From assembly GCA_965223505.1 (NCBI GenBank), contig CBDCWP010000021.1:32001-96000 (forward strand): 64,000 nucleotides of DNA. The letters are read 5' to 3'. The position numbers were made by a program, and so were the translations under genes. This stretch comes from Planctomycetota bacterium. GTDB taxonomy: Bacteria; Planctomycetota; PLA2; JAEUHO01. The notes under the pieces were generated by a model that was given only the letters and a program-made list of their open reading frames with translations, made no database searches and had not been told where the DNA came from. Shown in pieces: positions 27,617 through 38,852 of this stretch; the stretch's first letter is position 1; the number at the start of each line of letters is the position of its first letter.

Positions 27617-30277
27617 TCAGGGACCCCCGAGGCCCTTCTGGGCGTGGACGTGGATCTTCTCCGACATGCGCTCGAGGTTCTCGTCGGCCTGCTGATAGTT
27701 GCCGGCGCGAATCTTCTCGTCGTCCTCGGGCCGGAACCGTCGATACGCGGCGTTCGCCGCCTCGGCCGCTTCCAGGTCTTCGAGCTCCCGATAGACGTCC
27801 TGGGCCTTGGCCCACGCCCGCCAATCCTCGGGGTCGATCTCGAACAGGCGCCGGACGGTCTTCAGCGCGTCCTCGAACTTGTCCTGCTCGTACTGCGCGT
27901 TCGTGAGGTTGCGAAGTGCGGCGCGCTCGCGCGGGAAGTCGATCAGCACGTCCGCGAAGGCCTGCTCCGACTCGGCGAAGCGCTTCTGCGCGTCGTAGAT
28001 GACACCCTCGAAGAACCGCACCTTCGCCCAGCCGGGCTTGAGCTCGGCGGCCTTGCGCAGGTTCTCCCACGCCGGTGCCCAGTCGCGCTTTCCGATGTAC
28101 GCCCGCGCGACGTTCACCCAGCCATCGGGGTAGTCGGGCTTCATCCGGGTGACCTCTTCGAAGAGGTACGCGGCCTCGTCGAACTGCTCGTCGAGGTAGT
28201 ACGCGATGCCGAGATCGTTGATGCGCTCGGTGTCCTCGACGACGTCGATCGCGCTCGGCTTCGGCGGATACGTCGGCGTCCCCTCCGCGGTGACGGGCAG
28301 CGCGATCCGGGCCGTGCCGATGTCCAGAATGGGCAGCTTCGAGACGTCCACTTCGATCAGCTCATCGTTCGGACGGTGCTGGATGATCTTCGAGTCGGGG
28401 AAGAGGAAGTCGATGTACTGCCGCATGAACTTGCGGTAGTAGAGCGTCGCCTCGAGCCGCAGGTCGCCGGTCGCGCCTTCCGGCACGCGGAAGCGGTACC
28501 GAACGACGTCCGCGGTTCCCGGGCCGATGACGTTCTTGTAGACGACGGTGTGCACGTCGGGACCGATGCGGTTGACGACGTGCTTCCCGTGCTTGTCCAT
28601 GGGGTACGCGCGGTAGAACTCGGCACTCTGATCGACGATGCCGGTATCCTCGTCGATGTCGCCGGAGACGTAGAAGGGCTCCGCGTCGCCCACGGCCGCC
28701 TCGAAGCGCACCCAGACCTCGTTCGAGTCGATCGTCCCGCCGGGGAACGGGTGCCCGACGCCCACGTTGCGGACGACGACGTGCGCTTCGACGATCTCGC
28801 CGGGCTTCACGGCCGGCAAGATGCGCGGCGCCGGGGCGAACAGGCGCCGCCGCGCATCGCCACCCTCGAGACGCGGCAGCACGATGCCCGTCATGTCGAC
28901 GCGCAGCGCCGTGCTGAGGAAGGCGTGCTGGCGTTCGATCATGTCGGTGTCGCCGCGCATGTGCGGCAGAGCGGAGTTCGCGGCCGGGAAGAGATGGCTA
29001 CGGACGAAGCCGCGCGCATCCGCGGCGGGGTCCTCCGCGTCGGCCACCAGCGGCATGTGGCAGTCCTGGCACCGCTTGGCGAACGGCGGGTGATAGAAGG
29101 ACCGCACGTTGCCGAGCGAGGCGCCGCTGTCGTCGTGCGCGTCGAACTCGTCCTGCGCGCGGAACCAGTGACGGCGATTGAGCTCGGGAGGCACCTCGGC
29201 CTTGTGGCACGCGGAGCAGAATCCGGGCTCCTGGATGTTGTGCGGACGCAGGCTCTCGATGTGCGCGTCGGGCTTGGCGCGCAGCAACACGTCGTGGGCC
29301 TCCTGCAGCGCCGGGTCGTCGTACTTCTCCCAGGCGTACGCTCGCCGGCGCCCAACGACGTAGTCGCCGTTGCCGAGCGTGCTCTGCACGTCGATCGCGT
29401 GACAGGACATGCACGTCAGACCGGCGCGCGCCTCGACGCTCTCGAAGTCCAGGTCGGGGTCGTCCATCTTGCCGGTGAACAGCAACGCGGGGTCGTGACA
29501 GGACGCGCACCACTTCGTGTCGACGAGCGGATACGTTTCACGCATCGCCTGGATCGTTCCCTTGTAGAAGGGATTGGTCATCGACGAGTGCCGGTGCGCG
29601 CTGCGCGCCCACTCCGCCGTGATGCGTGGATGACAGCGGGCGCAGCCGGTCATGTCGGTGATGGGCGTATGGTCCTTCAGGAACTCGCCGTCGGGCGTGT
29701 TGCTGCGCGCGAGCCCGTAGTTCTTGTTCGAGACGAGCGGCGCGTCCTCGCCCCGGGCGAACGCGCCTTCTTCGACCGGCATCATCTGGTCGACGGCGAG
29801 GAGCAGCACGCCCACGAGCGCCATCGCGGTGACGCCCGCGCCCAGTCGATGCCATGACGCGGGATTGGTGCCGAAGCGGCGGTGCACGACGTAGAGCAAC
29901 AAGACGCCGAACCCACCGATGACGTGCAGCGGCCAGACCCAGTCGCCGCGCAGCGAGGAGCGCTCGAAGGCGAGCAGGACGCCCGAGAGTCCGACGCCGA
30001 GCACGGTGAGCGTGACGAGCGCACCGGTGAAGCCGATGACCGGGCGGCGCAGCATCTGCGCCTTCGCGTGCGGGATGACGAACGCCAGGAGCAGGGGAAT
30101 CGCGACCAGTCCGACGAGGATGTGCGCGAGCAACGCAACGGCGGCGGTCGTGCTCGCGCCGTCGCTGCGCAGGAGGAAGAGACCGCTGCCCGCCAGCACG
30201 ACGAAGCCGAACAGCAGTCCCCTCACCACGAGCTTTTGCCACCGTGTCAGGATCTCGCTGGTGAGCCGCTGCGCCAT
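27617..30277 (-). CDS. Membrane-anchored multiheme cytochrome c (5 CxxCH) with C-terminal TPRs
   Basis: CARCH, CASCH, CMSCH, CSACH, CQDCH; N-terminal TM bundle with His residues; [11 protein letters not shown] repeats. Confidence 0.88.
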   Translation of the reverse strand: MAQRLTSEILTRWQKLVVRGLLFGFVVLAGSGLFLLRSDGASTTAAVALLAHILVGLVAIPLLLAFVIPHAKAQMLRRPVIGFTGALVTLTVLGVGLSGVLLAFERSSLRGDWVWPLHVIGGFGVLLLYVVHRRFGTNPASWHRLGAGVTAMALVGVLLLAVDQMMPVEEGAFARGEDAPLVSNKNYGLARSNTPDGEFLKDHTPITDMTGCARCHPRITAEWARSAHRHSSMTNPFYKGTIQAMRETYPLVDTKWCASCHDPALLFTGKMDDPDLDFESVEARAGLTCMSCHAIDVQSTLGNGDYVVGRRRAYAWEKYDDPALQEAHDVLLRAKPDAHIESLRPHNIQEPGFCSACHKAEVPPELNRRHWFRAQDEFDAHDDSGASLGNVRSFYHPPFAKRCQDCHMPLVADAEDPAADARGFVRSHLFPAANSALPHMRGDTDMIERQHAFLSTALRVDMTGIVLPRLEGGDARRRLFAPAPRILPAVKPGEIVEAHVVVRNVGVGHPFPGGTIDSNEVWVRFEAAVGDAEPFYVSGDIDEDTGIVDQSAEFYRAYPMDKHGKHVVNRIGPDVHTVVYKNVIGPGTADVVRYRFRVPEGATGDLRLEATLYYRKFMRQYIDFLFPDSKIIQHRPNDELIEVDVSKLPILDIGTARIALPVTAEGTPTYPPKPSAIDVVEDTERINDLGIAYYLDEQFDEAAYLFEEVTRMKPDYPDGWVNVARAYIGKRDWAPAWENLRKAAELKPGWAKVRFFEGVIYDAQKRFAESEQAFADVLIDFPRERAALRNLTNAQYEQDKFEDALKTVRRLFEIDPEDWRAWAKAQDVYRELEDLEAAEAANAAYRRFRPEDDEKIRAGNYQQADENLERMSEKIHVHAQKGLGGP

Positions 30278-30466
30278 GGGAGTCTCTTTGTGGGTGATGT
30301 TCCGCGGTCGGGATGCACGCGGCCGGGGGAGCGGCCTCGATTGTCGAGCGTTCGCGCCCGGGGACGGAACGCCGGTCGGTGGCGCGCCATTCCCCGGCGG
30401 GAATCGAAACCGCTATGGTATGCCCCCGCCTTCGACAGCAGAAGTGCACGACGAATTGGAGCGCCC

Positions 30467-31675
30467 ATGTTCGAGAACACCCGTGAGGGCATTCAGGCCG
30501 AGCTACGAGAGATCGACGAGGCGGGGCTGACGAAGAGCGAGCGCATCATCACGAGCCCCCAGCGCGCGCTCATCACGACGAGCGACGGCAAGGAGGTGCT
30601 CAACTTCTGTGCCAACAACTATCTCGGTCTGTCGGACCACCCCGCGCTGATCGACGCCGTCAAGGAGAGCTTGGACGCCCGCGGGTACGGCATGTCGTCG
30701 GTGCGCTTCATCTGCGGCACGACCGACCGCCACCGTGAGCTCGAGAACCAGCTCGCTGCGTTCGTCGGACAGGAGGACTCGATCCTCTACAGCTCTTGCT
30801 TCGACGCGAACGCCGGGCTGTTCGAGACGATCCTGGGGCCGGACGACGCGATCATCTCGGACGCGCTCAATCACGCGTCGATCATCGACGGCATCCGGCT
30901 GTGCAAGGCGAAGCGGCTGCGCTTCCTGCACATGGACCTGGGCGATCTCGAGGCGAAGCTCAAGGAGGCCAAGGAAGCCGACGCGCGGCGCATCATGATC
31001 GCGACAGACGGCGTGTTCTCCATGGACGGCGACATCGCGGACCTCGAGGGCGTCTGCGACCTCGCCGAGAAGTACGGCGCCATGGTGATGGTGGACGATT
31101 CGCACTCGACCGGATTCGTCGGCAAGACCGGCCGCGGCACGCCGGAGCACTGCGGCGTGACGGACCGAATCGACATCATCACGTCGACGTTGGGAAAGGC
31201 GTTGGGCGGCGCGTCCGGCGGCTTCACGGCGGCGAAGCAGGAGATCGTGGATCTGCTGCGACAACGCTCGCGGCCGTATCTGTTCAGCAACTCGGTCGCG
31301 CCCCCCATCGTGGCGGCTTCGCTCGCGTGCATGCAGCTGCTGACCGGGAGCACGGAGCTCAGGGACCGGCTCGAGGCGAACACGATGCGCTTCCGGGAGG
31401 GCATGACGAACGCGGGTTTCGACATCCGGCCGGGCGTCCATCCCATCGTGCCGATCATGCTCGGTGACGCGCGCTTGAGCATGCAGATGGCCGACGCGAT
31501 GCTGGAAGAGGGCATCTACGTGATCGGCTTCTCGTATCCCGTGGTGCCGAAGGGCCAGGCTCGCATTCGTGTACAGCTCTCGGCGGGACACACGCCGGAG
31601 AACGTCGATCAGGCCATCGCGGCGTTCACGGGCGTGGGCAAGCGCCTGGGCGTGCTCTCGGAGTCGCCCGCCTAG
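30467..31675 (+). CDS. kbl: Glycine C-acetyltransferase (2-amino-3-ketobutyrate CoA ligase)
   Basis: [51 protein letters not shown]. Confidence 0.96.
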   Translation: MFENTREGIQAELREIDEAGLTKSERIITSPQRALITTSDGKEVLNFCANNYLGLSDHPALIDAVKESLDARGYGMSSVRFICGTTDRHRELENQLAAFVGQEDSILYSSCFDANAGLFETILGPDDAIISDALNHASIIDGIRLCKAKRLRFLHMDLGDLEAKLKEAKEADARRIMIATDGVFSMDGDIADLEGVCDLAEKYGAMVMVDDSHSTGFVGKTGRGTPEHCGVTDRIDIITSTLGKALGGASGGFTAAKQEIVDLLRQRSRPYLFSNSVAPPIVAASLACMQLLTGSTELRDRLEANTMRFREGMTNAGFDIRPGVHPIVPIMLGDARLSMQMADAMLEEGIYVIGFSYPVVPKGQARIRVQLSAGHTPENVDQAIAAFTGVGKRLGVLSESPA

Positions 31676-31761
31676 AGCCCGCCTGCGGCGAGAACCGCTC
31701 GTTCGGGCTCGGGCTCGCATCGGTCTCCCCGGGCTCGCGACGCGGCATTTCCGCACAGAGC

Positions 31762-32253
31762 CTAGCCGTCGCCCCAGCTCGCACCCTCCGGGCGCACGAT
31801 GTCGTCGTCGGTGTCGGGCAGGCCGTCGGCGCCGAGGGACCGGAGGCGGTATACGCCGCCCGCGGCGTCCACGACGCGATACTGGATCGGCCGGCGGTAC
31901 TGGTCCTCGGGCAACACGTCGCCCTTGTACGTCGAGTGGGCGTTGACGAGCTCGTGGAAGCGTTGGGGGAGAACGCCGGTTCGCTGGTGGTGCTCGACGA
32001 GCGCGTGCTCGATGTCGTCGAGGATGGCCTCGGTGGCTTCGAGATCTTCGTCGCGCTGCTGGGCGTTGAGGAAGCTGACCGTGCCCCACGCAAAGGCGGC
32101 GAGGCCGAGGACGGTGACGACGGTGACGATGCGGCGCCAGCGGCGATGCCGGACAGGCTTGGACGCACCCTTGGACTTGCGCCGCGCGGGCAGCGGTCGC
32201 GAGGCGACGTCGCCTTCGGTCTGCTCATCGGGTGCGGCCACGTGCGTCTCCAC
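31762..32253 (-). CDS. GspG/T2SSG-like pseudopilin domain protein
   Basis: TM helix, then DDIEHALVEHH...P, DQYRRPIQY, RLRSLGADGLPDTDDDI. Confidence 0.75.
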   Translation of the reverse strand: METHVAAPDEQTEGDVASRPLPARRKSKGASKPVRHRRWRRIVTVVTVLGLAAFAWGTVSFLNAQQRDEDLEATEAILDDIEHALVEHHQRTGVLPQRFHELVNAHSTYKGDVLPEDQYRRPIQYRVVDAAGGVYRLRSLGADGLPDTDDDIVRPEGASWGDG

Positions 32254-32303
32254 GCTCGGACGAACGTCCGAGCCACGGGATTATGCCGCCAAGGGTAGGG
32301 CGT

Positions 32304-33023
32304 TCAGCGGCCCGCGCCGACCACCTCCCCGGTGATCGGAATCAGCAGCTCGCCCAGGTCGGCGACCTCGACGATGAGATGAGCGCGAAACGGGCCGCGT
32401 TGGGCCGGCACGTGGAGCTGAATCGTGAGGACGGCTCCCGGCCGGTGACGGAATGCCGACGGTGCGACGGCCACATTCCCCTCGATCCCTCGCAGCTGCG
32501 TGTGTACGACGGGGTCGGACCCGCCGCCATGCCGGCGCAGCTCGACGGTCCGCGTGAGCGCGGCGCCCGGGCTCAGGCGGCCGAGCAGGAGCGCCGCCGG
32601 GGTCGCCGCGAGCGGCCGCCCTACGAAGCCACGCACCCGACACGTCGCGACGTCCAGCGGAGGGTCGCCGTCGGTGACGATGCGAACCCGCACACTGAAG
32701 GGGCCGGCGCGCGAACCCACGCGCAGGTGGATCGAGAGGACGCCGCTTTCGTTCGGGTCCAGATGCTTGGCGAGCGGGGCAGTCAACGCGCAACCGCAGT
32801 CGGTCTGGACGTCGAGCACGCGCAGGCGGCCGGAGCCGACGCGTTGCCAGGGAACGCGCACGGACCGGAGGGAGGCGGCGTCGATCCGGCCCACGTCGAT
32901 CACGGCCGGCACGATGACGCCGCGCCGCGGCTCGACGTCGGAGCGTCGTGGGCGCGTCGCGAACCCGAAGACGAGGAGCAATGCGAGCAGGACGGGAACG
33001 AAGTAAGCGGGGCGGCCGCGCAT
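32304..33023 (-). CDS. DUF1573-like Ig-fold protein
   Basis: LRVLDVQTDCGCA, LDPNESG; N-terminal hydrophobic anchor. Confidence 0.7.
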   Translation of the reverse strand: MRGRPAYFVPVLLALLLVFGFATRPRRSDVEPRRGVIVPAVIDVGRIDAASLRSVRVPWQRVGSGRLRVLDVQTDCGCALTAPLAKHLDPNESGVLSIHLRVGSRAGPFSVRVRIVTDGDPPLDVATCRVRGFVGRPLAATPAALLLGRLSPGAALTRTVELRRHGGGSDPVVHTQLRGIEGNVAVAPSAFRHRPGAVLTIQLHVPAQRGPFRAHLIVEVADLGELLIPITGEVVGAGR

Positions 33024-33189
33024 GCCGAGACCTCGTGTCGCGGCCAAGACCGGTTTCGCGGGCGGTCGGATTCGGAGCCCGCTGCACGTGCGCCGCGCAC
33101 AGGGGTCGCGTCGTACGTCGGTCGTTTTCCCGGGGCCCCCAAAACGCAACATCGCGCGAGAGGCGGTCGCGGTTACGCCAGGCCGCTGC

Positions 33190-34263
33190 CTACCCCTCTT
33201 CTTGCCCGTGGTAGATGGGATAGACCGGCTCCGGCAAGAGGCCCGCTTCGAATGCCTGGTCGAAGAAGAGCTGCACGGCCTGCCGCCCGCGCTCCCCACA
33301 GTCCAACGAGAGGTCGTTCACGTACCGGTCGACGTAGCGCTCCAGCGACTCCGGATCGTGCTTGCGGGCGTATTGCATCGCCCACTCGAGCGCTTCCTCT
33401 CGGTGTCCCAACGCGTATGCGATCGAACGCTTCAGATCCAACGCGATCCGGTTGCGCTCTTCCACGTCGATGTCGCGTCGAATCCCGGCCGCCGTCAACG
33501 GCAGCGGCAACCCCTCGGTCTCCTCGCCCCACCAGAGCCCCAGATCCACGACCCGCATCAGGTTGTGATTGCCGTACGTGAACTGGTCTTCGGTGACGAG
33601 GACACCCGAGCGCGCCTGGTTCGCTCGCACCATCAACGACACCTGGCGGGCCGGCATCGGCATGAGCTCGAACGTCGCTGTCGGAAGCCACAGACGCAAC
33701 GCCATCGCGGCGGTCGAGTGCTCACCCGGCACCGCGACCTGCAGTCCGTCCACCTCGCTCGAACGGATGTGCGATCTCGAGACGAGCAGCGGGCCGCGCT
33801 GGTCCCCGAAGCTGCAGCCGCACGGCAGCAACATGTAGCGGTCGTCGACGATCGGATAGGCGCCGAACGACATCGTCGTCACGTCGTAGGTGCCCTTCGT
33901 CGCGTCCTCGTCCAGCGCCTGTACGTGCTTGCGGACCAGGGCGTAGGCGCGGCCCTCCGTATCGACCTTGCCCGTCGCCAGGGCGAAGACCATGAAGGCG
34001 GCGTCCGATTCGGCGCCGTAGGCCACGGTGATCACGCCGTCCTTGCGCCTCGCGGGCATCTTCGGGATCGGCTTGGGCGGCGGACGGACCGGGCCCTCGT
34101 CTTCCTCTGCTTCGGCGGCGGCGGCTGCGGCGGCGGCGCTCCCGGCAGCCTTCTTGGCCGCTTTCTTGGCCGCCTTCTTCTTGGCGGCCTTCTTCTTGGG
34201 AACCGCAGCCTTCTTCTTGGCCGCCTGCTTCGCGGATTTCTTCGCGGACTTCTTGGCGGCCAT
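33190..34263 (-). CDS. mqnD: MqnA/MqnD family (MqnD-like) protein with N-terminal Lys/Ala-rich histone-H1-like extension
   Basis: DAAFMVFAL, SFGDQRGPLLV, VAVPGEHSTA, DLGLWWGEETEGLPLPL, SIAYAL, YVN; GGAGG RBS before MAAKKS. Confidence 0.8.
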   Translation of the reverse strand: MAAKKSAKKSAKQAAKKKAAVPKKKAAKKKAAKKAAKKAAGSAAAAAAAAEAEEDEGPVRPPPKPIPKMPARRKDGVITVAYGAESDAAFMVFALATGKVDTEGRAYALVRKHVQALDEDATKGTYDVTTMSFGAYPIVDDRYMLLPCGCSFGDQRGPLLVSRSHIRSSEVDGLQVAVPGEHSTAAMALRLWLPTATFELMPMPARQVSLMVRANQARSGVLVTEDQFTYGNHNLMRVVDLGLWWGEETEGLPLPLTAAGIRRDIDVEERNRIALDLKRSIAYALGHREEALEWAMQYARKHDPESLERYVDRYVNDLSLDCGERGRQAVQLFFDQAFEAGLLPEPVYPIYHGQEEG

Positions 34264-34393
34264 CGCCCCTCCCACAACCGGCGCTGAAAGGCTACCCGGC
34301 GCGACGGGTCGTCCAAGCGGAACCCTGTGACACCGAAGGGCCGCCACGGGCGTCGATCGGTAGGATCCGCAGCGCGACCCCTTGGAGACACCC

Positions 34394-35578
34394 ATGGCCG
34401 ACGGCATCTTCCTGGCAGGCGGCGTCCGCACCCCCATTGGCAAGTTCGGCGGCTCGCTCGCCCGCCTCTCCGCGCCCGACCTCGGGACGGCAGCCGCGAC
34501 CCAGGCGCTGGCGCGCGCGGGGCTCGCCCCCGACGCGGTCGACCAGAGCATCTTCGGGCACGGCCGGCAGGCCGGGCAGGGCCCGAGCACGGGCCGTCAA
34601 GTGTCCGTGCGAGCCGGCGTCCCGGTCGAGCGCCCCGCCTGGACCGTCAACATGGCTTGCGGCAGCTCGCTCAAAGCCGTCACGCTCGGCGCCGACGCGA
34701 TCCGGCTCGGGCAGGCCGACGTCGTGCTCGCGGGTGGCATGGAGAGCATGTCGAACACACCCTACTACCTGCCCCGCGCTCGCTGGGGATATCGGCTGGG
34801 CAACAGCGAGATCGTCGACGGCATGTACCGCGACGGCTTCCACTGCATGCTGGCCGATCAGCTCATGGGGGCGACCGCGGAGAACCTGGTCGATCAGTAC
34901 GACTTGAATCGCGACGAGCAGGACGCCTACGCGGCGCGCAGCCAGCAGCGCTGCGAAGCCGCGCGGAAACGCGGGCGGTTCGACAGCGAGAAGGTCGGCA
35001 TCACGCTCCAGGACCGCAAGAAGGGCGAGTACGTCTTCGACGCGGACGAGCACGCGCGCGACGGCGTCGTCGCCGAGAAGCTCGGCAAGCTACCCGCCGT
35101 GTTCCGAAAAGACGGATCGGTGCACGCGGGCAACTCGAGCGGCATCACCGACGGGGGCGCGAGCATCGTGGTGCTTTCCGAGCAGGCGGCCGAAGCACAC
35201 GGCGTGACGCCGATGGCGCGCCTCGTCGGCTACGCAGAAGGCGGTGTCGATCCCAAGGTCATGGGCCTCGGCCCGGTGCCCGCCGTCCGGAAGCTCTTGG
35301 ACCAGACCGGGATGACGACGGACGACGTCGATCTGTGGGAGCTCAATGAGGCGTTCGCCGCGCAGGTGCTCGCGTGCAACCGCGAGCTCGACATCGACGA
35401 AGAGAAGCTCAACGTCGACGGCGGGTCGATCGCGCTCGGTCACCCCATCGGCGCGACGGGCTGCCGCATTCTCGTCACGCTGTTGCACTCGATGGCGGAA
35501 CGCGACGTCAAGCGCGGCGTGGCGACGCTGTGCATCAGCGGCGGCCTGGGCGTCGCCGTGATGGTGGAGAGAAGCTGA
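34394..35578 (+). CDS. Acetyl-CoA C-acyltransferase (thiolase)
   Basis: [41 protein letters not shown]. Confidence 0.95.
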   Translation: MADGIFLAGGVRTPIGKFGGSLARLSAPDLGTAAATQALARAGLAPDAVDQSIFGHGRQAGQGPSTGRQVSVRAGVPVERPAWTVNMACGSSLKAVTLGADAIRLGQADVVLAGGMESMSNTPYYLPRARWGYRLGNSEIVDGMYRDGFHCMLADQLMGATAENLVDQYDLNRDEQDAYAARSQQRCEAARKRGRFDSEKVGITLQDRKKGEYVFDADEHARDGVVAEKLGKLPAVFRKDGSVHAGNSSGITDGGASIVVLSEQAAEAHGVTPMARLVGYAEGGVDPKVMGLGPVPAVRKLLDQTGMTTDDVDLWELNEAFAAQVLACNRELDIDEEKLNVDGGSIALGHPIGATGCRILVTLLHSMAERDVKRGVATLCISGGLGVAVMVERS

Positions 35579-35608
35579 CCGGATCCAGGGGACGTCGGGG
35601 CTGACGGC

Positions 35609-36817
35609 CTACGGGCTGCTCTCGCCCTTGTCCTTCTCGCCGTCCTTCTTCTTGTCGAGCTCGTCCTGCTTCTTCTTGGCCTCTTCGCGCTCTTTCTTGC
35701 GCTTTTCGAATTCCTCGCGCTCTTTCTCCCAGTCGAAGTCCTTGGGCGCGTACTTCTTGGTCAGCTCTTCGAACTTCTTCTCGGAGCGGATGTTCGCGAG
35801 GTCCTCGTCGCCCAACCAGAAGTGGATGAACTGGAACTTGTACTGCTGCCCATAGTGAATCAGCTTGCACAGGTTCATCGCTTCGTCGACCTCCGAGAGC
35901 GCGTCGTTCGTACGCTTCATCAGCGAGTACGCGCACGCGAGGTTGTAGCGGGCGCCGAAGGCCGAGTTGCGCAACATGACCAGATCGCCCTTGGCGACCT
36001 CGAGAACGGCCTTGCTGAGTCCGCGCGCACGCTCGAGGAACTGCGCCGCTTCCTCCCAGAGTGTGGCGTCCTTGCGCATCAGCATCCGCCCGCCGATCGT
36101 GTGGCACGCGAACATCTCCAGGCCGATCTCCGGCGGCAACGGCCGCGCGGGCTTTAGCGAGTCGCGAATCGTCTCGAGACCCAGATCCCACTCGTCGTCG
36201 TAGAGATAGAGCAGTCCCTTGATGGTGTCCGCGGCCGCCGCTTTCGGGACGAGCTTGCTCGCAGCGAGCGAATACTCGGCGGCCCGTTGGCGTGAGATCT
36301 TCCCCGGGCTCATGTTCGCGAAATCGCTCAGGATGCGCCGGAACGCCAGCTTGCAGAGCTTGTCTGCCGCGAGCACCGACTGCCAGTTGACGAGCTTCGG
36401 GGTCTCTTCCGGGTTGCTGCAAGCAATGAGCATGAGACGCGTCGGGTGACCCATCTGCTTGACCACCCAGCGTTGCGGCGCCGCCTTGAGCATCAACGCC
36501 TGCGTGTACGGATGCGGGCCGCCTTCGGTGTCGACGTCGACGATGCAAACGACGGCGTGCATGCCGTCCGGCCCCTTCAACGCGCGGTATTCGGAGGTCA
36601 AAGAGAACTCGTCGACCGCCTCGCCACCGGCGCCGAGGATCTCCTCCTCCGTCGGCAGGCCCTCGGCCGGCTCGTCGACGACCTCCCAGCCCTTGGGCAG
36701 GTCCTTCTGCGTCGTGATCATGACCTCGGCGTTGAAGTCGACCTCCTCGGCGTGCGCGGCCGCGGCGGCGGCGCACGTCACGACGAGCGGCATCAAGAGG
36801 CAAAGCAAGGCACGCAT
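35609..36817 (-). CDS. Exported TPR-like hypothetical protein
   Basis: Signal peptide; YNLACAYS...DEDLANIR TPR-end motif; charged tail; GGAG RBS. Confidence 0.75.
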   Translation of the reverse strand: MRALLCLLMPLVVTCAAAAAAHAEEVDFNAEVMITTQKDLPKGWEVVDEPAEGLPTEEEILGAGGEAVDEFSLTSEYRALKGPDGMHAVVCIVDVDTEGGPHPYTQALMLKAAPQRWVVKQMGHPTRLMLIACSNPEETPKLVNWQSVLAADKLCKLAFRRILSDFANMSPGKISRQRAAEYSLAASKLVPKAAAADTIKGLLYLYDDEWDLGLETIRDSLKPARPLPPEIGLEMFACHTIGGRMLMRKDATLWEEAAQFLERARGLSKAVLEVAKGDLVMLRNSAFGARYNLACAYSLMKRTNDALSEVDEAMNLCKLIHYGQQYKFQFIHFWLGDEDLANIRSEKKFEELTKKYAPKDFDWEKEREEFEKRKKEREEAKKKQDELDKKKDGEKDKGESSP

Positions 36818-36971
36818 GGCACTCCTCCGTATCGCTGCGGCGGGCCGAAATCCGCTCGCGGCAGCGCGTTTGGGCGCGACCGGACAGGGTACTCCCAAGG
36901 CACGGCCTCAGGAACCCAAGTCGCCCGTGAAGCCACCGACCCTCGCACGCCCTCGGGAGAAAGGCCCTTGC

Positions 36972-38852
36972 TCACATCAGGGCGAGGACGGTGATCGTCG
37001 TCACGGCCATGACGACGGTCATGAAGGCGCCGACCCGGACGTAGTCGCGCGTCCCGTAGCCGCCTGGGGACATCACCAGCAGGTTGCACTGGGCGAACGG
37101 CAGCAGGAAGTTGCAACTGCAGCCGTAGGCCATCGCGAGAAGCGCGCCCTTCGGGTCCAGCCCCTCCAAGCCTGCCGCGGACTGCACCGCGACCGGCGCC
37201 ATGATCGCCGCCGCCGCGGCGTTGCTGGTCAGGACCGACAATCCCGCCGCCATCAGGAACAGGGCCGCGAACACGGCGGTGAGGCCCCCCATGTCGGAGA
37301 TGACCTCGAACCAGTCGGCTACGATCCCGGAGATCCCTGTATTCTTGAGCGCGATGCCGAGCGGCAGCGTGCCGCACAACATCGCGAGCACCTTCCAGTC
37401 GATGGCGCGCACCACGGCGTGGCGCGCGATGCAGCCCGTGGCGACCATCAACACTGCGCCGCCGATCGCGCTGATGGCGAGCGGAAACCCGAACACCACC
37501 GGCGGCAGGAGCGTCAGCAGGAGGATGCCGATCGCGACCGGCGCGCGCGTCACGTCCTCGCCCTGCGAGAGATCGGTGAGCACGATGTAGTCGGGATTCT
37601 GCGCCAGCGCCAAGACGCGCCGCGACGAACCGGAGACGAGGAACGCGTCGCCCATCTGGAGCCTTTCGTCGGCAAGACCTTCCTGGATCGGCTCGTTGCG
37701 CCGCCACAGCGCAACGACGTTCAGTCCGGTGCGCTTGCGGAAGTCGAGCTCCTTGAAGGACCGGTCCAGCGCGCGCGAGCGGGGTGCCGGCGCGACCTCG
37801 GCGAGCGTCGTTCCGTGCCCCAGCAACCGCTCGATCGCGCGCGTCGTCGGCAGGCCGAGCTGGAGCAGTTCCGACTCCGCGAACATCCAGGCGTCCTGAT
37901 GGTCTCCCTGGGCGTACATGACGTCGTCCGGCTGTAGCACGAGATCAGGCGTCGGTTGCAGCCACTTGTCGCCGATCGTTCCGGGACGCCGGATCATGAT
38001 GACGCCGAGGTTGTAGCGTTTGCGAATGTCCGCGTCTGCGATCGTCATGCCGGCGACCTTCGACCCCTTCACGACGAGCATCTTGAACAGCTTCTCGGCG
38101 AGCTTGTAGCTGTCCGCGGCGTCCTTTGGCAGACGCGCCGCCGTCATGCGGTCCTCGCGACGGATGACCGGCAGCAGACGCCGGCCGAAGACAGCCATCG
38201 CGACGATGCCGACGACGGTGATCGGAATGCCGACCTTCGCGAACTCGAACACGCCGATCTGCTGACCTGGAAACTCCTCGGCGTAGTAGTCGGCGACGAT
38301 GAAGTTCGGCGCCGTTCCGATGAGGCTGATCGTGCCGCCGAGCACGGCCGCGAACGCCATCGGCATCATGATCCTCGACGGCGCGATACCGGCGCGCGCC
38401 GCCAGCGCCGCGACGGCGGGCAACAGGATTGCCACGACGGCGGTGTTGTTCATGAACGCGGCGAGCAGCGCGGTCGCCAGCATGATGAGGCTCAGCAGGC
38501 CGACCTCTCTGCGGCCGCCGATCCGCTGCAGGCCGCGGGCCATCAACGTGGCGACGCCGCTCTCCTTGAGCGCGGCGCCCACGACGAAGATCGCGCAGAT
38601 GGCGAGTACGGCATGGTTGCCGAATCCGACCAACGCCTCCTTCGGAGCGGCGAACAGGACCCCCGGGTCGTCCGGCGCGTCAAGGACGCCGGTCGCGTAC
38701 AGCACGACGGGAATCCCCAACGCGGTCATGGGAAGCGGGATCCAACGCGTGATGAATAGCGTCGTCGCGACGACGAGCGTCGCGAGCGCGATCCATCCCT
38801 TCAAGTCGAGACCGTCCTGCGCCGCGAGCGAGAGGCAACCGAGCCAATCCAT
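36972..38852 (-). CDS. SLC13/CitMHS-type permease with two TrkA-C (RCK_C) domains
   Basis: AFMNNTAVVA, GGTISLIGTAPN, RCK_C segments, IDWK, SNAAAA, PGGY. Confidence 0.9.
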   Translation of the reverse strand: MDWLGCLSLAAQDGLDLKGWIALATLVVATTLFITRWIPLPMTALGIPVVLYATGVLDAPDDPGVLFAAPKEALVGFGNHAVLAICAIFVVGAALKESGVATLMARGLQRIGGRREVGLLSLIMLATALLAAFMNNTAVVAILLPAVAALAARAGIAPSRIMMPMAFAAVLGGTISLIGTAPNFIVADYYAEEFPGQQIGVFEFAKVGIPITVVGIVAMAVFGRRLLPVIRREDRMTAARLPKDAADSYKLAEKLFKMLVVKGSKVAGMTIADADIRKRYNLGVIMIRRPGTIGDKWLQPTPDLVLQPDDVMYAQGDHQDAWMFAESELLQLGLPTTRAIERLLGHGTTLAEVAPAPRSRALDRSFKELDFRKRTGLNVVALWRRNEPIQEGLADERLQMGDAFLVSGSSRRVLALAQNPDYIVLTDLSQGEDVTRAPVAIGILLLTLLPPVVFGFPLAISAIGGAVLMVATGCIARHAVVRAIDWKVLAMLCGTLPLGIALKNTGISGIVADWFEVISDMGGLTAVFAALFLMAAGLSVLTSNAAAAAIMAPVAVQSAAGLEGLDPKGALLAMAYGCSCNFLLPFAQCNLLVMSPGGYGTRDYVRVGAFMTVVMAVTTITVLALM

